Source: Mytilus californianus (Eukaryota). Taken from it: 64,000 nucleotides of DNA. Below, piece after piece: positions 49,801 to 62,265 of the stretch. Below the pieces are notes generated by a model, which saw nothing but the letters and a program-made list of their open reading frames with translations, had not been told where the DNA came from and ran no database searches. Both the position numbers and the translations under genes were made by a program. Location: positions 94,922,001-94,986,000 of the forward strand of contig NW_026262690.1 in the NCBI RefSeq assembly GCF_021869535.1. The letters run 5' to 3'. Every line of letters starts with the position of its first letter. Position 1 is the stretch's first letter.

Positions 49801-51354
49801 GTTAAGAATTTAATAGAAAAACAAAGGATATGGGGGTATCCATCCATGACACAAAATCAGTACATGCACAGCAAAAAACACACAATAATAGCATATAATA
49901 ACTTTGATCCGATTTTCAATTTCCTACGAGTTTATTTCGATTAAATGTTCATGCATATTTTCGGCAATGCATGTTTCCCATTTTACTTAATGCATTTTCT
50001 CAAACAAGCAAAAAATTTAATTCATTGAAAAAACGAAGCAAAGCATAAAGATATCCATACTTACAATGATTAACATTTATCTTATAGAGTTTTTTGTTTG
50101 AGTTGCTTACATCATTTTGTTTCTTTTCTACTTATCTTTTATCCTTTTCAAAGTCGAGTGCATATAACAAATTTATCAATAAGATAGGTAGATTTAAAAA
50201 TATCAATTAATCTGTTGAAAGTTCATGGCTTACGATTTATGTCTTGAATACGAATCAATCTCGCACGATATATATTTTTTCACACCAGTCTTTCATAAAA
50301 CATAATATCACGTGACCGTTTGCTAAATCATAAAGCATGCTGTTACCAAAACTTGTCAATTTTTTTCAGCAAATACCAAAAAATGTCAAAATTGCTTACA
50401 ATCACAAAACGTCTTGCATTCAAAAGTTCGTCATTTGTTCAAAATATTATTACGATTATTTAGTTAAACAACATTCGTGTACTATAATATTATGCTGAAT
50501 ATGGGCTCTTGGTTCCAAAAAATGATCATTTAACAGCACATATAACGATTGATACATCCTCACTTCGAGAATATTTAAACGATATTTGAAATACTAAGCG
50601 TATTATAAAAACCATATGGATTAATCCAATAATTTGCAAAGTGGCAGCTATCAACACTTTGCTTGCATTCGAGAAAATCCTTGACCCTCAACTTTTTTAC
50701 TCTAACCGTTTGGTAAAGTATAAAACAGTTTAACAAAATTGTGTTTGTTAAACTCTTTTCTAAAGTACTTAATCAAAAATGCCTTCCTCCATAAACTAGC
50801 TTGTAAAATATCAAGTTTATTCACGAAAAGCGATGATTTTAAATAAGTTTAATTATTTATTTATTTTAATTATTAATATATGATAAATGTACATGAAATA
50901 AGTTGTATTCATATCCAAATTTGTTAAAACTCTTTATTTTCCAGCTTCACTTTAGATTTATTGAAAAGAGATTCATGTATGACATCGAATCATCGCGGAT
51001 ATACTATATTTTTTTTAAGAGAGTATATTTCAAAGCAGGAAAAAAAATTATAACAAGGATATATCTTTAATGGACATTTGAAGATTTCTTGTTTAATTAG
51101 TTATTTGCATTGTAACGACTGCTTTAATTTGTATCCGTTTTACTAGTTTTCTTTGATAAGCTCAATGTGCATGTTAACACACTTGTTTCTTTGTTTGCTA
51201 CAGGTAAGTTACGCCGCGAATCAGAATATTCGCATTTATAAACCTAATCGATCTTTTTAAAATTTATACCTTACGTCTTTCTGCAGTTCATAATAGAGTG
51301 ATTTTCAGAGCTCCTAAAAGATTTATGTGCAACATATACAGGCTGTACCATAAT

Positions 51355-53311
51355 CAGGCATGGGGCGAATTACATTGCAATGTAATGCATTACATTACAA
51401 TTACTTTGACAAAACCATGCATTATATTACAATTACCATAACATGAATTTATCAAAGTAATGCATTACATCACAATTACTTTTGCAAAGTAATGCATTGA
51501 ATTACACATTACATTTGTAAATTTTATTATCAAGTGAAAAGAAAATTCAAACATTTGAAAAACAATTAAAGTCACAAAGGCATATTCAGTAACTGTTCCA
51601 TGCATTGAATATAAGTATATATGTAAAAAGTCTATTCAATATGACTATTGCATTTCAGCATCATTAGGGTTTCAAATGTGTCATCCTTCATTCGCATTCT
51701 ATCAGGCCTGAATACTTTACCGACTATACTGAACAGACGTTCAACCGGTGCTGAGGAGGCCGGATCAGACAAGTACTTCAATGCTAATTTAGAAATCATG
51801 GATATTTAGTGTCATTGTCTTTCCAATACTGTAGAGGATTGGCATTAGAGTCATCACAATCTGTTTCCAAATAACTGTCAACACAATGAGTAGAGCCTGA
51901 AACATGCCTTTTTTTCTTAGGAGTGCTTTTGGGTAGAAAGCTAAAAAAAATCATCTGTTTTTCCCTTTTTAGCAGGTGGGGAAATAATATCATCATCATC
52001 ATCATCATCTGATTTCAAAGACTCAACTGAAGACACTTTCTTTTTCAAACTCGAAATAAGAGCCTCTACATTTTCAGATTTACTCCACAATAATTTAAAT
52101 CTGGTATCAAGCATTGATGCAGTTTTATAAACCTCATCATCCTCATACTGAGATAACCTTTTCGAAAGTGAGGCCATTAGAGCAGATATAAGTTTATTGC
52201 TGTAGTCACACTTAACAGATTGTAAATGTGTTTTCAGACCTAGTGTCACTGGTATCACCATACTGCCACTGACATTTTTTTCTCTCTGTACAAGAAGAAT
52301 TGCATCTTCAAAAGGTTTTAAAATTTTGCAAATTTCAATGAGCACCTTTCTGTCATATGCAGTAATATTTGCACAATCTAATTTATCAAGTTTTTCTTCA
52401 GGAATTTCTAAAATCGAGCGAATCATATGCATTTGGCTGTTCCATCTAGTAGCATTAGATGCTTGTAATCTCTTTTCATCTTCAAGAAATTCAGATGCAA
52501 ATATTGACTTTCGAACATGGGAAACAATCTTAGAAACCTTAGCAATAACCTTTTGAATGCCTTGACCACACTCCTCAAAAGCATCCTTTATAACCAACTG
52601 CAAACTGTGTGCATAACACCGTTTATGCTGAGGAAAAGGATTTTCTATCTCTATTGTTCCCTGTTCAAAATCACCATCTAAATTATCCTCATTGAGAGAA
52701 TTTTGATCATCAGGTTCAGTATATCCAGGTACTGAGAAATTAAAGGCCTTAACCATGTTCGAAGCATTGTCACTGATCTCGCAGAAAATCTTATCATTAA
52801 TATCAAAAGATGTTATACACTCTTCATACTCATGTAAGATATTCTCAGCAGTGTGTCTACCTTTGAACCGTTTACAAGCAATCATTGCAGATTTCATTTC
52901 CCAGTTTAATACATAATGAGCTGTTATGCCAAGAAATCCTTTCATTGACCTGTTAGACCATAGGTCAACAGTGAGACAGATGTGACCAGCTTTTTTAAGA
53001 TTGTCGTGCAATAATTGACGTACTTCCTTGTCTTTAGTATGAATAAGTTTAGACGAGAGATGTTTTCTGCTTGGAAGGTTAAATTTTGGGTCAAGTTTTT
53101 CAACAAAGTTCCTAAAGCTTTGGCTTTCAACTGTAGCAAACTGAAGTAAATCACCGGCAATAAACTGAATTAATGCATCTGTAGCCTCTTTTTGCTTAGG
53201 ATCATTTATATGATATTTCTGATTTCCAGTCTGTTTAACAAAACCTATCAAAGTTGATTGCTCTTCTGTCTTTGGTTTTAAGTTATCAATGTATACATCT
53301 CTGTGTTTTCT
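51355..53311 (-). mobile_element. hAT DNA transposon (ZBED-like): 3' TIR, subterminal repeats and near-complete transposase exon; 5' end and BED-finger exon not found
   Basis: Terminus CAGGCATGGGGCGAATTAC at 51355 with GTAATGCATTAC/CAATTAC repeats to about 51510. Exon starts after TTTAG| at 53311 (RKHRDVY...). Motifs LTVDLWS, SDNASNM, CYAHSLQL, ATRWNS and PASSAPVERLFS. Stop at 51632-51634. Frameshifts at about 51945 (+1) and about 51798 (-1). Confidence 0.9.
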
Positions 53312-55194
53312 CTAAATAGAAATTACAGAGATGTAGTTTAATACATATTTTAACTTAATGTTAACTTTTCGTTTATAAAAATACATTTGTTTTTGTTTTT
53401 GTTTTTTAATTTCAATCAAAATATTTACCAATCTTTCCTAATTATGTAATAAACATAGAGCTTAATTTATGACAAATGGAGAAAAGATTGATTGTAAAAC
53501 AAACAAATTAGTGTTTTATGGCAATGTTCAATTATCTGTTAATTAATCAAGACGAGATATTCATTCATCTTTTGACAACAATGGAAAACTTTTAAAGTAT
53601 AGCTTTTCATATATAATTTTTGTTTATGCAGGAAAATGCTGGAAATAGAATGAAATAAAAAGACATTAAAAAAGATAACTCAGTCTATCTGATATACAGT
53701 GTTGTGTTATTCTTTTAAAATTGTAATTTGGACATTCTAGTATTTATACAAATTTTATTTTTATTTTTTATTTATATATTTGTGAAATATTTCTTACATA
53801 TTAATACAATAATAATCCATAATTACACATACCGAAGTCGTAATCATTGCATGTCAAAAATATTTTTTTAACATCTTCTGAGTTAAGGATGTTCGCTACT
53901 CTGTTTCAAAATAACAAGCTTTTTAAAAGACTGTTATAAATTGATAGTAAATAAATATTGGAACTAAAAAAGAAGAAAAATATGAAGGGTCTGTGTGCTT
54001 GTTTTCGAAATATAAGCCACTGAAAATTTGGCGGGAAATGATTTTCTCTAGATTTTTCATACATTTAACATTGGCACCTTTTTCTTTCAAAAAGTATGAA
54101 AAAATAACAAGGATTTTATAGGATTTTCAAATGTGGGTATCTTAACTATATGTAATAAAATTATGATAAGAAAAGCAAGGGTTAGCGGGCAAAATATACT
54201 CAGTCTTTAGTTTTCTATATTGTGTAGTGCGTGCTGTTGTTTGTCTGTTTGTCTTTTTCTATTTATAAGTCCATTTCAACTGGAAAAGAACTGTTTGAAG
54301 ATCTTAATTTGGGACAATTTGTTATGAAAGGAGAAAATCTCCGGTAAGTTCGTTTATTTCGTTAACTGTTCAACTTGTAAGAATTTTAAACTAACTGCTG
54401 TACAAAACCACCATCAAGTCGTCAAGGTACAAGCTGATCAAATTAATCATAGTTACAACCCTATAAAGATTTTTTATTCCACTTTAATACGAAATACTAC
54501 CAAAAAACAAACAACTGTATACAACATATACCATATAATCAAATGATAACGAAACACGAACACCTTACAAACGGGGTGGGGAGAGGTCTCAGGTGCTCCG
54601 GAAGGATAAACAAATCCTACAACATACTTATAAAATAAGTTATATCAAGTGATTAAATAGAACGCAATAGCGGATTGGTAATTGATCGAAATGATTCCAT
54701 TTCCATTAGGGTTTGTTTGTTACCTTGCTTCGTCGTCTGAATCAATTTGTGAGATTTGAACTAGAGTGTGGCCTAAATTTATACATCTTTGGAATTCAAT
54801 CTTTGGTGTTTGAGCGTTCCTGGTGATAGTAAATCTAGGGAAGCACTTCAGGCTCACTAAATTTATAACGTGAGTGGAAACAAACAAAATGAAGAGAACA
54901 TACACTGGGCTTAAAAGCAAACAAGCAATATAGTCAAATTTTACGGAAAAAATGGACAACCCAAATAAAAGATAAAAGTGTTTGAAATTGTTTAACACAC
55001 ATCAGCATCAAAAACAGCGATCAAAAACGAAAGAAATAAAACAAAATAGTTTGACAAATTTTCGGACTTGATTCGACATTGGCCAAAAAACGTGTTGAGT
55101 ATAAATGGCTACGAAAAAATTGTGCCAATATAACACAATTATACACTCTGCTCAATTGATTCAACAATATTTCTATTTAATGACAACAACATAA

Positions 55195-55520
55195 AATAGA
55201 AGATGTGGTGTGACTGTTAATGAGACAACTGTCAAACCGAGACTGACTGATTAAGATATTAGCAACTATATGTCACCGTATGGCCTTCAACACTGAATAA
55301 AACCCATTCTGAATAGCAAGCTATAAAAGGCCTCGACATTACAAAATGTAACTCAAGTCAAACTAGAAACCAACGACCTGTACAAGACAATAAACGACAC
55401 ACAACTAGAATATGAAACACAGCAATTAACGACCACCACTGAATTACAGTCTCCTGACTTGAGACAGGCACAATAAGAATGAGGCGGGGTTAAACTTTTT
55501 GCGAGAACCCAACCCTTCCT
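55195..55520 (-). mobile_element. Family A 3'-UTR fragment
   Basis: GAAGATGTGGTGTGA...CCTGACTTGAGACAGG (55453-55468)...GGCGGGGTTAAAC. Confidence 0.7.
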
Positions 55521-56542
55521 AAATTTTGACATGTTGTTTTCAAGTCAAATCAAATGATAACAACGTTAATTTGTAAATTTGATTAGACAGAAACAATGAC
55601 AATGTCGCACGCTTTTCTAATTCAATATATTAATCAACGCTCCTTTTAACAATATTCTTACATTTAGGATGAACTTTTTTTGTACTATATTAAATCTATC
55701 CATTAAGAAGACATCTGAATGCAATACAGACTAAACCATAATTGTAATGTACACGTGTAGTATTTTGATATAATTTAGCCAAAAGGGTTGAGTAGTAAGA
55801 ACTATACTAATGTTCCGTCCGTTTAGCTGTGCGGAATGTTGAAATCCACAGACAGATACGGACGTAATGGAGACGTTTAATCTAATACCCATTTTTGAAA
55901 AATGCAATAATCTCTACCTCAAAATAAAGCCTTTTCTAAACAATTATTGGCCCTCTCGTGACTTTTTTTAACGTAAAATATATGCCAAATTTTCTTCTCT
56001 GTTCACTCAAAATATCCCGCGCTTTCTCCTGGTTGATCAACCTTTAAGAAATTATTGAATTGATTATATATATTTGTTCACCCGAATATGCATGAAATAT
56101 CTGTCTCTCGATGGAATTACGACCAATCAATTAACATTAATATCTGTTAAAGATATAAGTTACAGAAATAACTTTTATTCAAAATGAGACGAGAATACTA
56201 AAAAGTAAACAAAAGCAACAGATTCGCCGCAATATGCTAGAACAAAGAACAAGTCCCTGATAAAAACCTAACAAATAGACAATAGAAACAAAGTATTTTT
56301 AACTTTAAAAAGTGACGATTACCATTAATTTATCACATTTACTATCGTCATCCAGCTATATACAAATGCAAAACACCGAACAGACATCCTTTGTAAAGAA
56401 TAATCTCGGCTCAATTTCTGTACAGAACAAAGAGTAACACTGGAACAAATTAAAATTTTCCCTAAATAATAATTTAACAGTGCTTAACTGTAATACATAC
56501 ATTCAAATGAAAAGAAACATTTGTTAAAGTGGAAGTAAAAAT

Positions 56543-56787
56543 TTATTTCTCGCAAATATAACCTCCAAGTAAACCATTGGGTGCGCACCAGACAGCATGG
56601 AACCTATATCCTCTAGAGGCATAAAAGAACATACAATCTTGGGGTTTTTGAAATGTTCCATTTGGTTCTCCATTATCAAATGCAAAGTACGTGATCTTGG
56701 CCATCTCTCCGTCCTTCTTGATCCATCTCCAATCACCACCGGTCTTGTATCTATTGATGTTACGTCCGCCGATATAATAATGCACAC
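56543..56787 (-). CDS. C-type lectin (perlucin-like), terminal exon
   Basis: Acceptor TTTTATTTCAAAG| at 56788, phase 1. (G)VHYYIGG...GDWRW...FAFDNGEPNG...QDCMFF...FHAVWC...GYICEK*: WIG-like, EPN and C-terminal Cys/YICE motifs. Upstream exons not confidently located. Confidence 0.82.
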
Positions 56788-58993
56788 CTTTGAAATAAAA
56801 ATAAAACACAATTACAAGTACATAGCAGGTAATATGGATTTTGAAACAATCGCTTATGTTTAACAGAAAAAGTTCAATCCTAAAAATGTTTCGATTCCAC
56901 ATCAATTAGTGTTCAGACATTTTATTTGTAGTCAATTAAGATTTGTTTAAATAACTTCTCTTGCACTTTAGGAGTTAAGCACAGTTAAGAAACAAAAACT
57001 TTACGTTGTACACATTGGCTGATTTATCTAGAAACAATGGTTTCGAGTTAATTCGTTTACGGGAAAAAAACTTTATTTTAGACACCAGTGTGTTATTATC
57101 TACTGTTATCATAGAAATAACACTTCTAGTTCATAGATTCATTGCTTTCCATTTTTGAATCTGCAATTTCAAGCAGTTACAGCTATTTTGTCTTAAATTT
57201 TAATAAAGTGACAGTCATTTCATATCAACAAAATACCTTGGCTTATGCTGAAAAAATGAACATACCTTTCATTTGCATTTAAGAGCGCACTGGTTCTTGG
57301 AAGTTGGTAGCGTAAAAATATGTACTTCTGACTTTAGCAACAGGCAACATATGCTCTGATGTATCAGTTTCAATCTTTTTTTTTTATTTTTCGCAAAAAA
57401 AAACTTTCAACAAGTGTTCTACAGCAATCGCAAGTCCTTACGTTTTCATTTAATAAAAACATTACCCAAATGATATATATTATTCTTAAAGTAACAGCAT
57501 TGCGTAGGAACTATTTTGTTGTTTTTTTAACGTAACTAATATATTTTATTGCACACTATTGCTGTTAACAATTTATTTAGTGTACAGCATTGCATTAAGT
57601 ATCCCTGACATATTAGTTATTATGTATCCAGGGAGAATATCTAATAAGAGTAAGTTGATATTACATTACAATATTACAATATTTTAAATAATTTCATGTT
57701 TACAGGAGTATTCCATTTCTATCCGATAATGGTTTTTTATATTAGTTAATATACAGCGTGTAAACTTGCCATCATCATCTTTGATTTTAATGTTCTGGAT
57801 TATTTTAACTGAATTCGAATAACTACGGAATATAATATTTAGACAAATTGTTCTTTGTTAACAGGTAAGTTGACAATAATCTTCTTGATTTTTGTATCAT
57901 AAGCAAAGTTTGTACTTATTTGAACTTTGTGTGCAGTTCTGACTAAAATATAAACAAACTACTCAGGTAGACATGATTATACACAGCATCAGAATATACA
58001 ACACAAAGTTACAATAAAAAAAAAAGATAAAGAAACAAAAAAGAAGAAAACAAAAAGTGTGTATTATACAATAATATATCTTTTAAACACGTGTTAGGTA
58101 TGGGAAAGAACATTAAAGTCACCTGATCATGACATGCTCGCATCATGTGACTTCAGGGATATTGGTTGGGTATTATGTAAATATGTTTAAAGTTAAAACT
58201 TTAGTGATTGTTTTATGTAGTTGAGGGTTTTCATAATTAATTTGCTATTTTTTTCTTTTATTTTCTTTTTACGTTATTGACTGCAATAATATACTGTATT
58301 TCTGCTTTAAATATTTTAAAGGTATCTATTTTTGTTCTTCTTGACTCAGAGATATAATATGATTTATAGATAGAAAAAAATATTAGAGTCAAAAGGTAAT
58401 TAATTTCATAGTAAGCTTCATCGTTTGTTTTATATCCTACTATAAGATTTTCCATATTTAGAATGGTTTCAGTGAAACCTAAGAAGTTAAGTAGGCTTTA
58501 TATTTTTGATATAAAATTATATTTTGTTTACAATATGTACTACTTTCTTGTTTGGACAGGACCGAATTGATGGTTCTTTACCTATAACTAGCATAGATTC
58601 ATGTACACTTCAAGGTATGTCCAGAAAGATATGTATTCCTAAACAGATAAGTGCTGAAATAATTAATCATTTAAATTATAAAAATTACCTGTATTCATTT
58701 TAAGGAGTTCGTACTTCATTAACATTGCTTCATTAAGAGTTTCAAAGTTCGCCAGGTATGCACCTCGTCGTAAGCATTTTGCCGGAAACCATAAAACATT
58801 TTGTGCAAAAAACGTTCGATATTTAACACAATATAAAATCGGTTAATCATAAAACATCGAATTATGCACGTGATTCGAAAATATTGTAAAAGAGATATGG
58901 TTAAATATACTCTGGAAGACAATAACATGATTCCTTTGGACAATTCAGTTGCCTATTAAAGAAATATGAAGCATTAATACAAAAATAATATAC

Positions 58994-60891
58994 AAAAGAG
59001 GGACGAAAGATACCAGAGGGACAGTCAAACTCATAGATCGAAAACAAACTGACAACGCCATGGCCAAAAATAAAAAGACAAACAGACAGATAATAGTACA
59101 GATGACACAACATAGAAAACTAAAGACTAAGCAACACGAACCCCACCAAAAACTGGGGGTGATCGCAGGTGCTCCGGAAGGGTAAGCAGATCCTGCTCCA
59201 CATGTGGCACCCGTCGTGTTGCTTATGTTATTACAAATCCGGTAAATAGTCTAATTCGGTAAGTCACATTCGTGAAAAGGGAAAGGTAATGTAGTTACGA
59301 CATAAGGAACATATCCGATATCATCTGTGAAACGGTTATTCCATAACGGTCAACCAACTCGTGATGGCGTCCGTAAAATTTACGAAGGGATGATTTCAAC
59401 TTCACCATTTGGAACTCTTGGCTTAATAGCTTCCTTGTGAGCAGCAATTCTCTCTCAAGGAAATCATGATAAGAAATACAAGCCCGGGAATATCGTATCA
59501 ATTGGGAGATATATACTCCGTATGTAGGCGCTGCTGGAATGTTGCTACATAGAAATGGAAAGTTCACAATTGGGAAGCTGAAATCATCTCTTTTGTCGTA
59601 AAGTTTTGTTTTCAACCGACCCTCATTGTCAATTTCTAGATGTAAGTCAAGATATGAGGCAGACTTAACTGTATCTGTAGTATCCTTTATCTCTAGTTCG
59701 ATGGGATAGATTCGTTCAACATAGTCACCAAATTTTGTATTATTTAGTGAGAGAACATCATCTATATAGCGGAACGTAGAGTTAAAGGATATTGCTAACT
59801 TCTTATCTTTCTTCCTAAGAAGTTCCTGTATGAAGTCAGCCTCATAATAATAAAGAAACAAGTCGGCAAGAAGAGGGGCACAATTGGTTCCCATTGGAAT
59901 TCCGACAGTCTGTTGAAAAACACGTCCTCCAAACGTAACAAATATGTTGTCAATCAAGAAATCAAGCATTTCGATAATGTCAGTTTCAGAGAATTTTTTG
60001 TTTGAATCAGAGTGGTTCTTTACAAAGTAGGATTTATCCCTCCCCAAGACAAGATACTTGTATCTACGTTCTCCATTCTTTTTAATGAAACAAAGTAATA
60101 CCAACTCTTTCAATTTGTCTTTTAGTTTGGAATGGGGAATACTTGTGTAAAGTGTGGAAAAGTCAAATGTTTTAATACTATTGCAAGATGAAAGAGTCTT
60201 AGATTGTATGTACTCTAAAATATCTTTGGAATTTTTTAGTATCCACATCTGATTCACGCCACCTCTAGAATAGGCAGTTCCACAATAACTTTGGAGCCCG
60301 GCTTTGATTGCTGATAAAATAGATGTTAATAATTTAGAAAGAGGTTTCGTGGAGCACTTGGAAGACCCAGCAATATACCGTTGTTTGTAAGGACACTTAT
60401 GTAGTTTAGGTATCCAATACAGTGATGGAAGATCCAGTTCTTCATCTTTGGTTGAAATTCCAAAGGAACATAGAACAGACCTATGATTATCCAGGATTTC
60501 CTCTTTGGTAAGTGTCGTGAGGGTATATGTTGAGTTTCCAAGTGAATTGTCACTACCTAATTCATTTATCAAGCAGTTTATGTAATGATATTTACACACA
60601 AAAACGATGTTGTTTTGGGGCTTTATCTGCGGGGACAACAACATATTTGTCATGGAGGTAGGACAAGTGTTTTGCAACATTTAGGTCTTTAAAAATTGAT
60701 GTAGCGTGGGTATTGATATGCCCATTTAGTTTCTTAATTCGGATTTGTATCAACGACCTCACAGCCTTAATCCATTCGGAAAGAGTATCTACGTCTTCTT
60801 TCTCGCGTTTAGCCCATTGCCTGGCATAATCCTCGACTGAATCCACCAGTATTTTGAAGTTGTATTTCCAATTGATGGATTTAGGCTCACG
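58994..60891 (-). mobile_element. 5'-truncated Penelope-like retroelement, family D, copy 2 (RT with a single frameshift)
   Basis: REPKSINW...PADKAP|NNIVFVCK...YWIPKLHK...GIPMGTNCAP...FRYIDD...SQLIRYSRAC...MFLMS*. +1 in a T4 run at 60613-60616 joins ORFs 60592-60948 and 59295-60680. 300-bp 3' UTR; no C-terminal endonuclease. Confidence 0.93.
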
Positions 60892-61059
60892 ATTATTATG
60901 AAGAGAATTTTTAACTTTATAGAGCCACCTTAGTTTTGAACTATCCATTAATTTTTGAAACAGATCTTCTCATTTCTATTGGTTCATTGTTTATCACACT
61001 TACTCCTGAGTTCTAATAAGAATCACCTCGTTTTCAAAAAATTAAAAAACGGGGTAGAT

Positions 61060-61367
61060 ATACTCATCATAGATACCAGGATTGAAATTTTGTATTTGCG
61101 CCAGACGCGCGTTCCGTCTACAAAAGACTCACCAGTGACGCTCGAAACAAACAAAGTTAAAATGGCCAAATAAAGTACGAAGTTGAAGAGAATTGAGGAC
61201 CAAAAATTCCTAAAAGTTTTGCCAAATACAGCTAAGGTAATCTATTTCTGAGGTAGAAAAGCCTTAGTATTTCAAAAATTCAAAGTTTTGTAAACAGTTA
61301 ATTTATAATTATGACCATATCAATGATAACTCATGTCAACACAGAAGTGCTGACTACTGGGCTGGTG
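61060..61367 (-). mobile_element. Near-complete retrozyme-type monomer with hammerhead (61099-61144)
   Basis: Minus strand: GCGUCA CUGGUGA GUCU-UUUGU-AGAC GGAA CGCGCG UC UGGCGC; the GAAA box is mutated to GGAA. Confidence 0.8.
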
Positions 61368-61482
61368 AATTTTGATATTATTCGGTATATAGGAGAGTCC
61401 TTTCGTTAGTTAAATACACGCTGACGAAAGGGTAACTAGTTAAAAACAATTCAGTGAAATGTGAGATCACGTAATATCTTGT

Positions 61483-61640
61483 AAAAAGTAAAATAACAAA
61501 AATACCGAACTCCAAGGAATATTACAAACGGAAAGTCTCTTATCAAATGGCAAAATCAAAAGCTCAAACACATCAAACGAATGGAAAACAACTTTCAAAT
61601 TCCTGACTTGGTACAGGCATTTACTTATGTAGAAAATGTT
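61483..61640 (-). repeat. Dispersed repeat family C, 3'-end fragment
   Basis: Matches 28022-28175; core CCTGACTTGGTACAGG at 61602-61617. Confidence 0.8.
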
Positions 61641-62265
61641 TAATTTAACTGGTAATAGTATGCTACTCCTCGTTTACAGATCACCAGTCCTGTCTTCCTC
61701 ACATTTTCGACGTCACTACAGTGACTCTTTGCCTAACACTTGATGAGTGTGTACAATATGATATATATATATTTTTAATAACTTACAAAAGCAGCATCAC
61801 CGGATACACGATCCTTTACCGACTCGTCGGTATGGATAACTGCATCCATCTGTAAAAATAAAATACTCCCAGATGCAAAGGTTTAAAAAGGATAGACTAA
61901 CCAATCAGAGTTTCATAAAATTGATATGAATTGATACAAGGTGTCCTGATTTATCCAGCTACATGGTTTTCAGGTAGGTCTGTCTAATGAATTTTAATCC
62001 TCTATTGACTTTTTTCTATGTTATGCACACAACATTTTGTCCAAAGAACCTCTTTATTTATCAACATAAACGTCAAATACTTGGTAATTCCTATTATTTC
62101 TATTATATATTTCTAACTGTCCAATTACACTAAATTCTTCATCAACATTTCATTCAAAACATTACTGCGACATCTTTTCTTTAAAAACAAGAACAATGAC
62201 ATGTCTTTTTTTCATAATTCTAATCTTTATACATTATATATTTCTGAAAAGAATAAGAGTTGTAA

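Noticed and set aside
55735-55742. ACCATAAT as the matching 8-bp TSD of the hAT end at 51355
   Set aside because: Not preceded by the inverted terminus (CCATGCCTG); an AT-rich 8-mer is expected by chance.
59140-59213. HDV-like ribozyme in the family D 3' UTR
   Set aside because: A P1-like pairing exists, but I could not build a canonical P3/L3, P1.1 or J4/2 (C-R-A) element by hand; kept only as an unclassified structure.
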